Positions 18,061 through 31,041 of a stretch of DNA of 32,000 bases are shown here, one piece after another. The DNA comes from an uncultured Opitutales bacterium (lineage in GTDB: Bacteria; Verrucomicrobiota; Verrucomicrobiia; Opitutales; Intestinicryptomonadaceae), in assembly GCA_934660865.1 (NCBI GenBank), contig CAKUIA010000002.1, forward strand, positions 60,001 to 92,000, written 5' to 3'. Within the stretch, counting starts at the first letter, position 1, and the number at the start of each line of letters is the position of its first letter. The notes beneath the pieces are model-generated. The model saw only the letters and a list, made by a program, of their open reading frames with translations. It did not search any database and had not been told where the DNA came from. The position numbers and the translations under genes were made by a program.

Positions 18061-18909
18061 ATGGGCAATTTTTTTAAACATGCAAAATATGCGGCAATTT
18101 TGGCCGTTGTAGCGGTTGTCGGCATTTCAACATTGTACATTCCAAACTGCCTTGTTGTAAACGAATACGAAATTGGCGTAAAAAACTGGAACAAAGATTT
18201 GGGCGGCCTAAAAATTGTATTTTTTGCGGACAACCATACAGACGGATTTTTCGGTACTTTAAACAAACTAAAAAGAATTGTGCGCACAATAAACGGGCAA
18301 AAGCCCGACATTGTGCTGTACGGCGGCGACATTATGCGCAATTTTACGTCGCCATTTATAAGCCAGGCCGAAGTTGCCGCCGAATTTGCGAAAATAAAGT
18401 CAAAATACGGGATTTACGGCGTATACGGCAACCACGATTGGCAAATGGGCATGCTGAAACTGCGCGAAAGTTTTAAGGATAGCAACGTTAAGTTTTTGGA
18501 AAACGAAAGCGTTTTGATTGAAACCGACAAAGGCGCTTTTGCGCTTGTTGGCTTGGCCGACTATTCCACGCGCTACATAAACTACACGGCGTCTTTTAGG
18601 GATATAAAAAACTACCCAAAAGACACGCCTATTATAGTGCTTTCGCATTCGCCCGACGCATTCCCCGAATGTCCGAAAGACTTTTCGCTTATGCTGGCGG
18701 GCCACACCCACGGCGGGCAAATTGTCGTTCCATTTTACGGGGCCCTGCTAGTTCCCTCTAAATACGGCAATAAATATGCCTTGGGGCTTTTCGAAGAAGG
18801 CGGCAAAAAAATGCTAGTTACAAACGGCGCTGGCAGCGCTCTTATTTTTGCGCGCATTCCCTACAAGCCCGAAATTGCCGTTTTAAAACTTGTGCCCGAA
18901 AAACACTAG
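18061..18909 (+). CDS. Membrane-anchored metallophosphoesterase (calcineurin-like, YaeI/YkuE type)
   Basis: N-terminal TM helix. Motifs FFADNHTD, GGDI, GNHD, LSHSPD and GHTHGGQI. Confidence 0.85.
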   Translation: MGNFFKHAKYAAILAVVAVVGISTLYIPNCLVVNEYEIGVKNWNKDLGGLKIVFFADNHTDGFFGTLNKLKRIVRTINGQKPDIVLYGGDIMRNFTSPFISQAEVAAEFAKIKSKYGIYGVYGNHDWQMGMLKLRESFKDSNVKFLENESVLIETDKGAFALVGLADYSTRYINYTASFRDIKNYPKDTPIIVLSHSPDAFPECPKDFSLMLAGHTHGGQIVVPFYGALLVPSKYGNKYALGLFEEGGKKMLVTNGAGSALIFARIPYKPEIAVLKLVPEKH

Positions 18910-18924
18910 CAAAACAATAAACCG

Positions 18925-18953
18925 AAAAGGCCGCCCCAAACAGGCGGCCTTTT
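18925..18953. terminator. Bidirectional terminator shared by the convergent phosphoesterase and thiC genes
   Basis: GGCCGCC / GGCGGCC stem with loop CCAAACA, flanked by AAAA and TTTT. Confidence 0.8.
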
Positions 18954-18963
18954 GCGCAAAAGC

Positions 18964-23518
<4,555 letters not shown>

Positions 23519-23655
23519 TATAAAAAACGCTGGCTTTCCTTTCGCAAAGCGGCATTTTGCAGAAAAAGCGGCCCATGCTTTGCCCGCATAAAAAAACCTG
23601 CATTTTAAACTTTACTAAGCGCGCAAAAAGGTGTGGTATATAGCGAAAATTTTGT

Positions 23656-23731
23656 GCGGGCGTAGCTCAATTGGCAGAGCGCGAGCTTCCCAAGCTTGAG
23701 GTTATGGGTTCGACCCCCACCGCCCGCTCCA
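23656..23731 (+). tRNA. tRNA-Gly (anticodon CCC), CCA encoded
   Basis: Hand-folded cloverleaf. Acceptor GCGGGCG/CGCCCGC, D arm GCTC/GAGC, anticodon stem CGAGC/GCTTG with loop TTCCCAA, T loop TTCGACC. One A:C mismatch at 49:65. Close to E. coli tRNA-Gly(CCC) as I recall it. Confidence 0.9.
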
Positions 23732-23755
23732 AATCCAGAATATTTAAAATCAGTA

Positions 23756-23795
23756 AGCCCGCTTCAAAATAAAATCGATGCGGGCTTTTGTTTTG
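23756..23795 (+). terminator. Rho-independent terminator after the tRNA
   Basis: AGCCCGC / GCGGGCT stem (23756-23762 and 23780-23786) followed by TTTGTTTTG. Confidence 0.65.
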
Positions 23796-23895
23796 TCAGT
23801 TTTGCCAAATTGCCAAGTAGCCCATAACAACACAATCTGTAAGAACTTAATCTTGGCCTGATTATTTTGAAAACTAAAGATATCGCATATTTTAA

Positions 23896-23946
23896 GGATT
23901 TCATTCCAGAAATATGTATATATTTTGGGATTTAATTCCGCAAATA
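23896..23946. repeat. Two imperfect 19-bp direct repeats with 32-bp period in an AT-rich spacer
   Basis: GGATTTCATTCCAGAAATA (23896-23914) and GGATTTAATTCCGCAAATA (23928-23946), 16 of 19 identical. Confidence 0.5.
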
Positions 23947-23993
23947 ATTCAGTTTTTCAGGCATTGAAGCTGAAATGCTTGTTGGATTTTTGA

Positions 23994-24374
23994 CTACAGC
24001 GCGAATGCGGGGATTGTTTTTACGGTGCCTTTGATTAGGATTGAATCGGAATAGAGACTTATTAGGGCGCCCGGGCCGACTGGCGTTTTAAAGTCGGCAA
24101 GTTTGTTGAAGTGTTTTACGTCCGCCTTTGAGACAGTGGCCGCCTTCTTAAATTCCACTGGGTAGATTTTGCCGTTGCGCTCTATTACGAGGTCGATTTC
24201 GTTTTTATCCTTATCGCGGTAATAGTAAAAATTGGGAGTTTCTCCCGCGTTTACATAGCTTTTAAGAATTTCCGAAACGCACCACGACTCAAAAAACGCG
24301 CCCACTTTTGCGCGTTCTAAAAGGCGTTTTATATCTTTTGCCTCCATTTGGTGGTTCAACATTCTGCCCTGCAT
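23994..24374 (-). pseudogene. C-terminal DUF4143 fragment of an AAA+ (AAA_14/DUF4143) ATPase gene; the N-terminal ATPase part is missing
   Basis: GAFFESWCVSEILK...FYYYRDKDKNEIDLVIERNGKIYPVEFKKA matches the DUF4143 pattern (FE.fv..E....yyyr....EvDfv....piEvK). An in-frame TAA lies 4 codons upstream of the ATG. Only 445 nt of apparently non-coding DNA precede it, and no Walker A motif appears in any frame. Confidence 0.6.
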
Positions 24375-24757
24375 TGAGTTCCTTTTTTAGTTTTACTGCA
24401 TTGTGCTTGTCCGCAAAAACCGGCAAAAGTTAGAGACTGTTGCAAGAATTTTTCAAACTCGGCAAAAGCAAACCGCAAAAAAAGAGGAAGACATTGTTTG
24501 CCTTCCCCTGCACGCATTTTTTAATGCCTCCTTTTTTCGGTCTTTAAACACCTTTGTTGGCGGAAACGGAATTTTAGACCGAAGAACAATTACCGCCCTT
24601 TTTTTTCTTTGTTTTTCGCTCATAGTATTTTCGATTTGTGCGCGGTATGCAATATTGCGCGCAAAATAATGTCAAGCGGCAAATCGAACAAAGCCTGCAA
24701 AACGCGGGAATCCCCCCGTCAAACACCCTTTGCTTTAATATGCAAAAATCTTTAAAC

Positions 24758-24794
24758 AAAAAGCGGCCCTTTTGAAAATAAAAAGACCGCTTTT
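24758..24794 (-). terminator. Rho-independent terminator after the PEP-CTERM gene
   Basis: AAAAGCGG / CCGCTTTT outer stem with inner CTTTT/AAAAG pairing, followed by a T-run on the minus strand. Lies 25 nt downstream of the stop at 24820. Confidence 0.6.
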
Positions 24795-24819
24795 ACAGCT
24801 GCTTTTGCCGTGTTTTTTA

Positions 24820-26241
24820 TTATCTTCTTTTGCGGTAAACCGCCAAAGCCAGCGCCAAAGCACCGAAAATTGCCGCCCATGTAGACGGTTCGGGAATGGC
24901 CGAGGTGGAAAGCCAATAGCCGTTTGTGCCGTCTATATAATTGCCTTCAACCAAATATAAATCGTCTTTTGCGTAGGTATTGCCCGCCGTGTCGGAAAGC
25001 GAAACGGTTGTAATATCTTCCCAACCCGTAATATCCTTAAAGAAAATGCTTTGTTCTACAAAGTCTTTTATATTAAGCGTTATTTTGCCCGCCGTATACG
25101 AAGAAAGGTCTAGGCCGTTAAAATACAAGTGGGCGCCGTCGGCAACCGTAATCGTCAACGTTGTGTTGCTAGACCTGTTAAAATAAAGCTTGTCGAATTT
25201 ATTGTCGGCCAAAACGTTCAATGTGGCGTTGGCTGCACTCAGCGCTTCGGCTCTAATGGCAAGGCTTACAAGCTTGCCGTTGTTGCCTATGGCGTTCTTT
25301 GCGGCTATGGTTAGTTCGCTTTTATCCTTTAAGTTTACCGTTGCGTTGGTTTTTGTAAGGTTTACTTTGGCGTTGTCCAAAATTTTAAAGTCAGAACCGT
25401 TGTTAAGCTCTAAAACGCCCTCCGAATTCATTACGCCGCTGCCGCTAATCTGCGAACCTTTGCCCGTTAAAGACACCGAGCTTTTCGAATTAAGCGTGCC
25501 CGTAATTGCAACTTCGCTTAGGTATAAATTTGTGCTGTTGTAATTGAATGTGCCGTTTACGTTAAGCAGCGAGCCGTAGGCTGTCATATACAAAACGCCG
25601 TTTACCGTTAGCGTAGAGCCTTTGTCTACCGACATTTCGGTGTTTGTTTTAAAAGTGCTGCTTTTTACGTTGTATACTACGTTGGAATTGTTTGTAACCC
25701 AAATTGCGGGAGGCAACGGGCTTGCCCCGTTCGTTTTCGCGGTAAAATCGGTGCCTTCTACAACCGCGTTTGTTTTAAAATGCAAACCGTAGTCGCCAAG
25801 GTTGTCGGAGCCTGCAAAAGTAAATTCGCCGAGGTCTACTTTTGCAACGGCGCTATTGCCCGTCGAATTTACAAATTCAATTTGCGAATTTCCCGTCAAC
25901 GTCATCGAGCCTGTGTTTACAAAGGCTTCGTATTCGCCCGAATCGGCCCGGTTTATGTCTATAACGGTGTTGCCGTCGCCGATATTCCAGCTAGACGGCG
26001 TACCCGTTGTTTTTAGCGAGCCTATTGTGTTGCCGTTGCCGAAAAAGAATGCGTCGCCGGCGGGCGCGCTTGCGTTCGGGTTTAAAACTACGTCTAAATT
26101 CGAACCCTCTGCCTTAATTTCGGTTGCCGAAGAGCTATCGGCGCCGCCGAATATGTTTGTAGTTGTTTCCTGCGCCGCAGCCATGTGCGCAAAAAATGCA
26201 AAGCCTGCCAGCACCGTGTAAAACTTGTTGCCAATTTTCAT
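24820..26241 (-). CDS. Secreted beta-helix-like repeat protein with a PEP-CTERM sorting signal
   Basis: Signal peptide MKIGNKFYTVLAGFAFFAHMAAAQ. N/T/S/G-rich beta-strand repeats. Canonical C-terminus IPEPSTWAAIFGALALALAVYRKRR (PEP motif, TM helix, basic tail). Confidence 0.85.
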   Translation of the reverse strand: MKIGNKFYTVLAGFAFFAHMAAAQETTTNIFGGADSSSATEIKAEGSNLDVVLNPNASAPAGDAFFFGNGNTIGSLKTTGTPSSWNIGDGNTVIDINRADSGEYEAFVNTGSMTLTGNSQIEFVNSTGNSAVAKVDLGEFTFAGSDNLGDYGLHFKTNAVVEGTDFTAKTNGASPLPPAIWVTNNSNVVYNVKSSTFKTNTEMSVDKGSTLTVNGVLYMTAYGSLLNVNGTFNYNSTNLYLSEVAITGTLNSKSSVSLTGKGSQISGSGVMNSEGVLELNNGSDFKILDNAKVNLTKTNATVNLKDKSELTIAAKNAIGNNGKLVSLAIRAEALSAANATLNVLADNKFDKLYFNRSSNTTLTITVADGAHLYFNGLDLSSYTAGKITLNIKDFVEQSIFFKDITGWEDITTVSLSDTAGNTYAKDDLYLVEGNYIDGTNGYWLSTSAIPEPSTWAAIFGALALALAVYRKRR

Positions 26242-26430
26242 ATCTTAAATTTTAGCGGGTATGTATATACCAATTAATATATTTTTAAAAGTTAAACCAA
26301 CATGCCAAAAATTCAACAAAATAATATTTTGAAAATCAAAAACGGCGCTCACGGCAAAATTTATGCTTCTAGTCGGCAAGCTGTTATAAAAATAACGGCC
26401 TTAAGCTGCCCGCATGCAACATGCACGGCA

Positions 26431-26459
26431 TTGACTAAAACGCAATGTCTCCCTAAGCT
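26431..26459 (+). promoter_or_regulatory. Candidate sigma70-type promoter for the DUF5131 gene
   Basis: TTGACT (26431-26436), 17-nt spacer, TAAGCT (26454-26459), 24 nt before the ATG at 26484. No Shine-Dalgarno sequence is visible. Confidence 0.3.
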
Positions 26460-26483
26460 TGGGCGCAAATTTTATTTACTTTT

Positions 26484-27374
26484 ATGCACGATATTTGGAA
26501 TCCGTGGCACGGTTGCACCAAAAAAAGCGAGGGGTGCGCAAACTGCTACATGTATTTTTTAGACAGACTGCGCAACATAAACCCGACGCAGGTTTTCAGG
26601 GTAAAAAACAATTTCGACTACCCCCTGCAGCGCAACGCAAAAGGCGAATATAAAATAAAGAGCGGCGAGACAATAAGGGTTTGCATGACCTCCGACTTTT
26701 TTATAGAGCAGGCCGACCCGTGGCGCGACGAGGCCTGGGAAATCATAAACAGCCGACCCGACGTGATTTTTTACCTTCTTACCAAACGCCCCGAATTGGT
26801 CGAAAAGCGCCTGCCGAAAAACTGGAACGAAGGCTACGAAAACGTGTTTTTCAACGTTAGCGCCGAAACCCAAGCCCGCGCCGACGAGCGTTTGCCCATT
26901 TTGCTGGAGCTGCCCTTTAAGCACAAAGGCGTTATGGTTGCCCCGTTTATAGGCGAAGTTTCGCTTGCAAAATATCTGGAAAGCCGCGTTATAGAGCGCG
27001 TTGTTGCAGGCGGCGAAAACTACGACGGCTCGCGCGTGCTGAAGTGCCAATGGGTTGAAAAGCTCTACAACGAATGCGTGGCCGCCGATACGACATTTTG
27101 CCTTATCGAAACCGGCAGCCGCTTTGAAAGAAACGGCAAAATATACAACCTGCCCGACAAGAAACTGCAAAGCCTTATGGCCTATAAATCGGGCTTTTAC
27201 TACGAGGGGCGAAAGTTCCAATACAAACTTAAAAGCCACATGCTGCAAACCGAATTTGAGTTCGGAAATACCGCAAGTTACGCGCCCTACTTTGGCGAGC
27301 AATGCAAAGAATGTGCAAGCCGCCCCATATGCAACGGCTGCTCGAAGTGCGGCAAATGCGGCCTAAAATTTTAA
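26484..27374 (+). CDS. DUF5131 / phage Gp37-Gp68 family protein with an extra Cys-rich C-terminal tail
   Basis: N-terminus IWNPWHGCTKKSEGCANCYM (family hallmark WNP..GC...S.GC.NCY). Also MTSDFF, LLTKRPE, NVSAETQ and VVAGGEN...R.L..QWV. The last ~70 aa are an extension ending CKECASRPICNGCSKCGKCG. Confidence 0.8.
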   Translation: MHDIWNPWHGCTKKSEGCANCYMYFLDRLRNINPTQVFRVKNNFDYPLQRNAKGEYKIKSGETIRVCMTSDFFIEQADPWRDEAWEIINSRPDVIFYLLTKRPELVEKRLPKNWNEGYENVFFNVSAETQARADERLPILLELPFKHKGVMVAPFIGEVSLAKYLESRVIERVVAGGENYDGSRVLKCQWVEKLYNECVAADTTFCLIETGSRFERNGKIYNLPDKKLQSLMAYKSGFYYEGRKFQYKLKSHMLQTEFEFGNTASYAPYFGEQCKECASRPICNGCSKCGKCGLKF

Positions 27375-27407
27375 CGGCTTTAGCGCCCTGCAATTTGCTT
27401 TTCCGCC

Positions 27408-27944
27408 TTAGGCCGACTTGCCCATTTTATAGGCTTCGTCCAGCGCTTCTTTCGAAATTTCGCCTATATTTGTAGCGCCTACGCCGCGAACTACGCCCTT
27501 TAGCGAGCATTTTTCAAAGCAGCTTGCCCAGCCGCTTATGTCGCTTACGGCGCCGTCCATTGCGCTTTTCGAATCGTCGGCAGCCGAGGCCAAAAGGTAT
27601 ATGTCGGTAAACTTGTAGTCGCTTGCAAAAAGCGGGTTTGCCCTGTCCAGCATGGTCTTTAGCTGGCCGCAAACACTATAGTAGTATATGGGGGTTGCAA
27701 ACGCTATGACATTTGCGTTTTTCATTTTTTCGGCAATCTGCACGGCGTCGTCGTTTATAACGCATTTTAGCGTTTTTTGACACGCCAGGCAGCCCCTGCA
27801 AAACGCAATGTTTTTGCCCGCAAGCGAAACAACTTCAACCGAATTGCCCGCCTCTTTTGCGCCTTTGGCAAAAGATTCGGCAAGGGCGCCGGAATTGCCG
27901 TGCTCCCTTAAAGACGATGTTATAACCAAAACTTTTTTTATCAT
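27408..27944 (-). CDS. Iron-sulfur flavoprotein (Isf-type) / NADPH-dependent FMN reductase family
   Basis: Flavodoxin-like KKVLVITSSLREHGNS and ATPIYYYS. Compact Cys motif CRGCLACQKTLKC (CX2CX2CX5C), characteristic of Isf 4Fe-4S ligation. I place the start at ATG 27944, after GAAAGG; the ORF-track start at 27950 is TTG. Confidence 0.75.
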   Translation of the reverse strand: MIKKVLVITSSLREHGNSGALAESFAKGAKEAGNSVEVVSLAGKNIAFCRGCLACQKTLKCVINDDAVQIAEKMKNANVIAFATPIYYYSVCGQLKTMLDRANPLFASDYKFTDIYLLASAADDSKSAMDGAVSDISGWASCFEKCSLKGVVRGVGATNIGEISKEALDEAYKMGKSA

Positions 27945-27967
27945 GAACAACCTTTCTATTTACGAGC

Positions 27968-27995
27968 ATTCTACACCAATTTGCCGAAAAGTAAA
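27968..27995 (-). promoter_or_regulatory. Candidate promoter in the pflA-isf gap
   Basis: Minus strand reads TTTACT, 16-nt spacer, TAGAAT, about 24 nt upstream of the isf ATG. If it is real, isf can be transcribed independently of pflBA. Confidence 0.3.
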
Positions 27996-28009
27996 TCGGT
28001 AAAATACCG

Positions 28010-28735
28010 TTAAAGGCTGTATCCGCTTTCGGCAAGTATGTTTTTTACGCTTTCAACCGCCTCTTTGGAGGGGGGCTTCATATCGCTTAGGGCATATTTT
28101 AGTCCCAGTTTTTCCCACTTGTGTTTGCCCATATCGTGATATGGCAAAAGCTCTATCTTTTCGATATTATACGGCCTTAAAAATTCGGCCAGCGCCTTTG
28201 CATATTGCTTTGTTGCGGTAATATTTTCGAGCAAAACCTGCCTAATCCAAATGCGTTTGTTTTGCGCCGATATATAGTCTAAAAAAGCCCGCGTTTTGCC
28301 GAACGGTTTACCCGTAATTTCCATGTGTTTTTGCCCGTCTAAGTGCTTTATATCCAGCAAAAAAATGTCGGTAAGCGAAACCGCGTTTTTTACGGAATCG
28401 CTTAGGGCAACCCCTCCGCAAGTGTCGGCGCAAGTAGAGATATTTTCGGCTTTTAGCATGGCAAAAAGCTCCTCCAAGAAAGCGCTCTGAAAAAAAGGCT
28501 CGCCGCCCGAAACCGTAATGCCTCCGCCGCTGAATTTAAAAAATTCGGCGTATTTTTTTACGTCCAAAAAAACCTCGGCCGCCGACTTTTCGTTGTGCGC
28601 ATCTACAGCCCACGAGTCGGGGTTGTGGCAAAACAGGCACCTAAAAGGGCACCCCTGCAAAAACAGAACATACCTTAACCCCGGCCCGTCCAAAGCCCCC
28701 ATTGTTTCCACCGAATGTATGCGGGCTTTTTGCAT
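28010..28735 (-). CDS. pflA: Pyruvate formate-lyase activating enzyme (radical SAM)
   Basis: IHSVETMGALDGPGLRYVLFLQGCPFRCLFCHNPDSW, with the canonical CX3CX2C. The start lies 1 nt after the pflB stop. Confidence 0.95.
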   Translation of the reverse strand: MQKARIHSVETMGALDGPGLRYVLFLQGCPFRCLFCHNPDSWAVDAHNEKSAAEVFLDVKKYAEFFKFSGGGITVSGGEPFFQSAFLEELFAMLKAENISTCADTCGGVALSDSVKNAVSLTDIFLLDIKHLDGQKHMEITGKPFGKTRAFLDYISAQNKRIWIRQVLLENITATKQYAKALAEFLRPYNIEKIELLPYHDMGKHKWEKLGLKYALSDMKPPSKEAVESVKNILAESGYSL

Positions 28736-28736
28736 G

Positions 28737-30974
28737 CTAAAAACGGCTGTGGAATGTACGGCTTATTACGTCTTGCTGCTGCGGTTTTGTAAGCTTTATA
28801 AAGTTTACGGCATACCCCGAAACCCTTATGGTAAGCTGCGGATATTTTTCGGGGTGGTCCATCGCGTCTATAAGCGTTTCGCGGCAAAGCACGTTTACGT
28901 TCAGGTGCTGGCCCATTTTTGCGGCATAGCCGTCTATAAGCGAAATCAGGTTTTCCACTTGCTGCGCTTCGTCTTTGCCAAGCGAATTGGGCAAGATTGA
29001 AAACGTGTTCGAAATACCGTCTTTTGCGTGTTCGAAAGGCAGTTTTGCAACCGAGCAAAGCGAAGCCAAAGCCCCGTTGCAGTCGCGGCCGTGAAGAGGG
29101 TTTGCCCCGGGGGCAAAGGGAACGCCCGCAGGGCGCCCGTCGGGCGTATTGCCGGTTTTTTTGCCGTAAACTACGTTCGAAGTAATAGTTAAAATCGACT
29201 GCGTCGGCACCGCATTTCTATACATATAAAGCTTGCGGATTTTATCCATAAACCTCTTTACCAAGTTTGTGGCAATGGCGTCTACGCGGTCGTCGTTATT
29301 GCCGTATTTTGGGAAGTCGCCCTCTATTTTAAAGTCTACGGCAATTCCGTTTTCGTCCCTTACGGGTTTTACTTTTGCGTATTTTATTGCCGAAAGCGAG
29401 TCTACCACAACCGAAAAGCCCGCAATGCCGCAGCCGAGCTTGCGCACGGCGTCTTTGTCCATAAAGGCCATTTGCGCCTTTTCGTAGTAGTATTTGTCGT
29501 GCATGTAGTGGATTATGTTCAGAGCGTTTACATAGGTTCTGCTAAGCCAATCCATCATTTTGTCGAACTTTTTGTCGACCTCGTCGAAGTCGAGATACTC
29601 GCTTGTAATGGGCTCGAAACCGTCGGCGACCTTTACTTTAAGACGTTCGTCGTAGCCGCCGTTAATGGCATATAGCAGCGCCTTTGCCAAGTTTGCCCTG
29701 GCTCCGAAAAACTGCATTTCCCTGCCGATAATCATCGGCGAAACGCAGCAGGCAATGCCGTAGTCGTGCCCGAAAATCGGGCGCATTAAGTCGTCGTTTT
29801 CGTATTGTATTGCCGAAGTTTTTATGGAGGTTTTAGCGCAAAATTCCTTAAAACCCTTCGGCAGATTTACCGACCAAAGCACCGTAATGTTGGGCTCGGG
29901 GGCCGGCCCCAAATTCGACAATGTATGCAACAGCCTAAAGGAATTTTTGGTTACAAAAGTTTTGCCCGAATTGCTCATTCCGCCAACCGACTCGGTTACC
30001 CACACGGGGTCGCCGCTAAAAAGTTCGTTGTATTCTGGGGTTCTTAAAAAGCGCACCATGCGAAGCTTTATGATAAAGTCGTCCATAATTTCCTGCGCCT
30101 GCTCTTCGGTAATTGTGCCGTTTTTAAGGTCGCGCTCGGCGTATATGTCCAAAAAGCTTGTGGTTCTGCCCAGGCTCATCGCCGCCCCGTTTTGGTCTTT
30201 AATTGCGGCCAAATACGCGAAGTACACCCACTGCACCGCCTCTTTGAAACTTGCGGCGGGCTTCGAAATGTCGCAGCCGTATTCGGCGGCCATTGCCTTA
30301 ATCTGCTTTAGGGCGTTTATCTGCTCGGAAAGCTCCTCCCTTAGGCGTATGGTGTTTTCGTCCATAACCGCGTTGTCCGACTCGGCTTTTTGGACGGTTT
30401 TGTCGGCAATCAAAATGTCTATGCCGTATAGGGCAAGGCGGCGGTAGTCGCCTATAATGCGGCCGCGGCCGTAGGCGTCGGGAAGCCCCGTTATAATCGC
30501 GCTGTGGCGCGCCGCCTTAATGTCGGGGGTATATGCGTCGAAAACGCCCTGATTGTGCGTTTTTCTGTATTTGGTAAAAATTTCACGAACAAGAGGGTCT
30601 TCCTGCAGACCGTATGCCTGGCACGACGACTGCACCATTCTGTAGCCTCCAAAGGGCATAATTGCGCGCTTTAGGGGGGCGTCGGTCTGAAGGCCTACAA
30701 TAATTTCGTTTTCTTTGTCGATATAGCCCGCCTTGTGGGAATCTATTTGCGACGGAGTGGAAACATCGGCGGCCAAAAGCCCGTTGTTTTGACGCTCCTT
30801 TTCCATAAGGGCAAGCACTTGTTTCCAAATCTTTTCGGTGCGCGAAGTTGCCGCCTTTAAAAACGAGGCGTCGCCCTCGTAGGGCGTATAGTTAAGCTCC
30901 ATAAAATCCAAAGTGTTTACGCTGTCGCACCAAGCGCCCTTGCAAAAGCCGTCCCATTGTTTTTGATATTCCAT
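28737..30974 (-). CDS. pflB: Formate C-acetyltransferase (pyruvate formate-lyase)
   Basis: 745 aa. Active-site ACCVSP and glycyl-radical motif RVSGYAVNF near the C-terminus. Confidence 0.95.
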   Translation of the reverse strand: MEYQKQWDGFCKGAWCDSVNTLDFMELNYTPYEGDASFLKAATSRTEKIWKQVLALMEKERQNNGLLAADVSTPSQIDSHKAGYIDKENEIIVGLQTDAPLKRAIMPFGGYRMVQSSCQAYGLQEDPLVREIFTKYRKTHNQGVFDAYTPDIKAARHSAIITGLPDAYGRGRIIGDYRRLALYGIDILIADKTVQKAESDNAVMDENTIRLREELSEQINALKQIKAMAAEYGCDISKPAASFKEAVQWVYFAYLAAIKDQNGAAMSLGRTTSFLDIYAERDLKNGTITEEQAQEIMDDFIIKLRMVRFLRTPEYNELFSGDPVWVTESVGGMSNSGKTFVTKNSFRLLHTLSNLGPAPEPNITVLWSVNLPKGFKEFCAKTSIKTSAIQYENDDLMRPIFGHDYGIACCVSPMIIGREMQFFGARANLAKALLYAINGGYDERLKVKVADGFEPITSEYLDFDEVDKKFDKMMDWLSRTYVNALNIIHYMHDKYYYEKAQMAFMDKDAVRKLGCGIAGFSVVVDSLSAIKYAKVKPVRDENGIAVDFKIEGDFPKYGNNDDRVDAIATNLVKRFMDKIRKLYMYRNAVPTQSILTITSNVVYGKKTGNTPDGRPAGVPFAPGANPLHGRDCNGALASLCSVAKLPFEHAKDGISNTFSILPNSLGKDEAQQVENLISLIDGYAAKMGQHLNVNVLCRETLIDAMDHPEKYPQLTIRVSGYAVNFIKLTKPQQQDVISRTFHSRF

Positions 30975-31041
30975 TTTTTAATCCTGTTCCTAGTTGGGCT
31001 ACAATAATATTGTTAGCAGTTAATATTTACATTCTATAAAA

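Noticed and set aside
23896-23946. Possible CRISPR array or other spaced-repeat locus.
   Set aside because: There are only two imperfect 19-bp copies and no further repeats. No cas genes occur anywhere in the window.
24574-24759. 61-aa ORF, a 56-codon ORF starting at 24623 (minus strand), and the 88-aa + strand ORF at 24403-24669, all in the gap. I checked them as possible remains of the missing AAA domain.
   Set aside because: No frame shows a Walker A motif (GxxxxGK[ST]) or other AAA_14 motif. The sequences are basic and low complexity, and they run across the terminator.
23656-24819. Intact integrated mobile element at tRNA-Gly.
   Set aside because: No integrase or recombinase ORF is present. 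I could find no direct repeat of the tRNA 3' end (for example CACCGCCCGCTCCA) downstream. Only a decayed remnant can be argued.
26302-26562. 86-aa ORF upstream of, and overlapping, the DUF5131 start.
   Set aside because: It overlaps the well-supported DUF5131 N-terminus in another frame and covers its candidate promoter. It has no motifs.
27359-27414. GGCCTAA ... TTAGGCC pairing spanning the convergent DUF5131 and isf stop codons, considered as a shared terminator.
   Set aside because: The stem is 7 bp with a ~40-nt loop and no flanking T-run, which is too weak to call.
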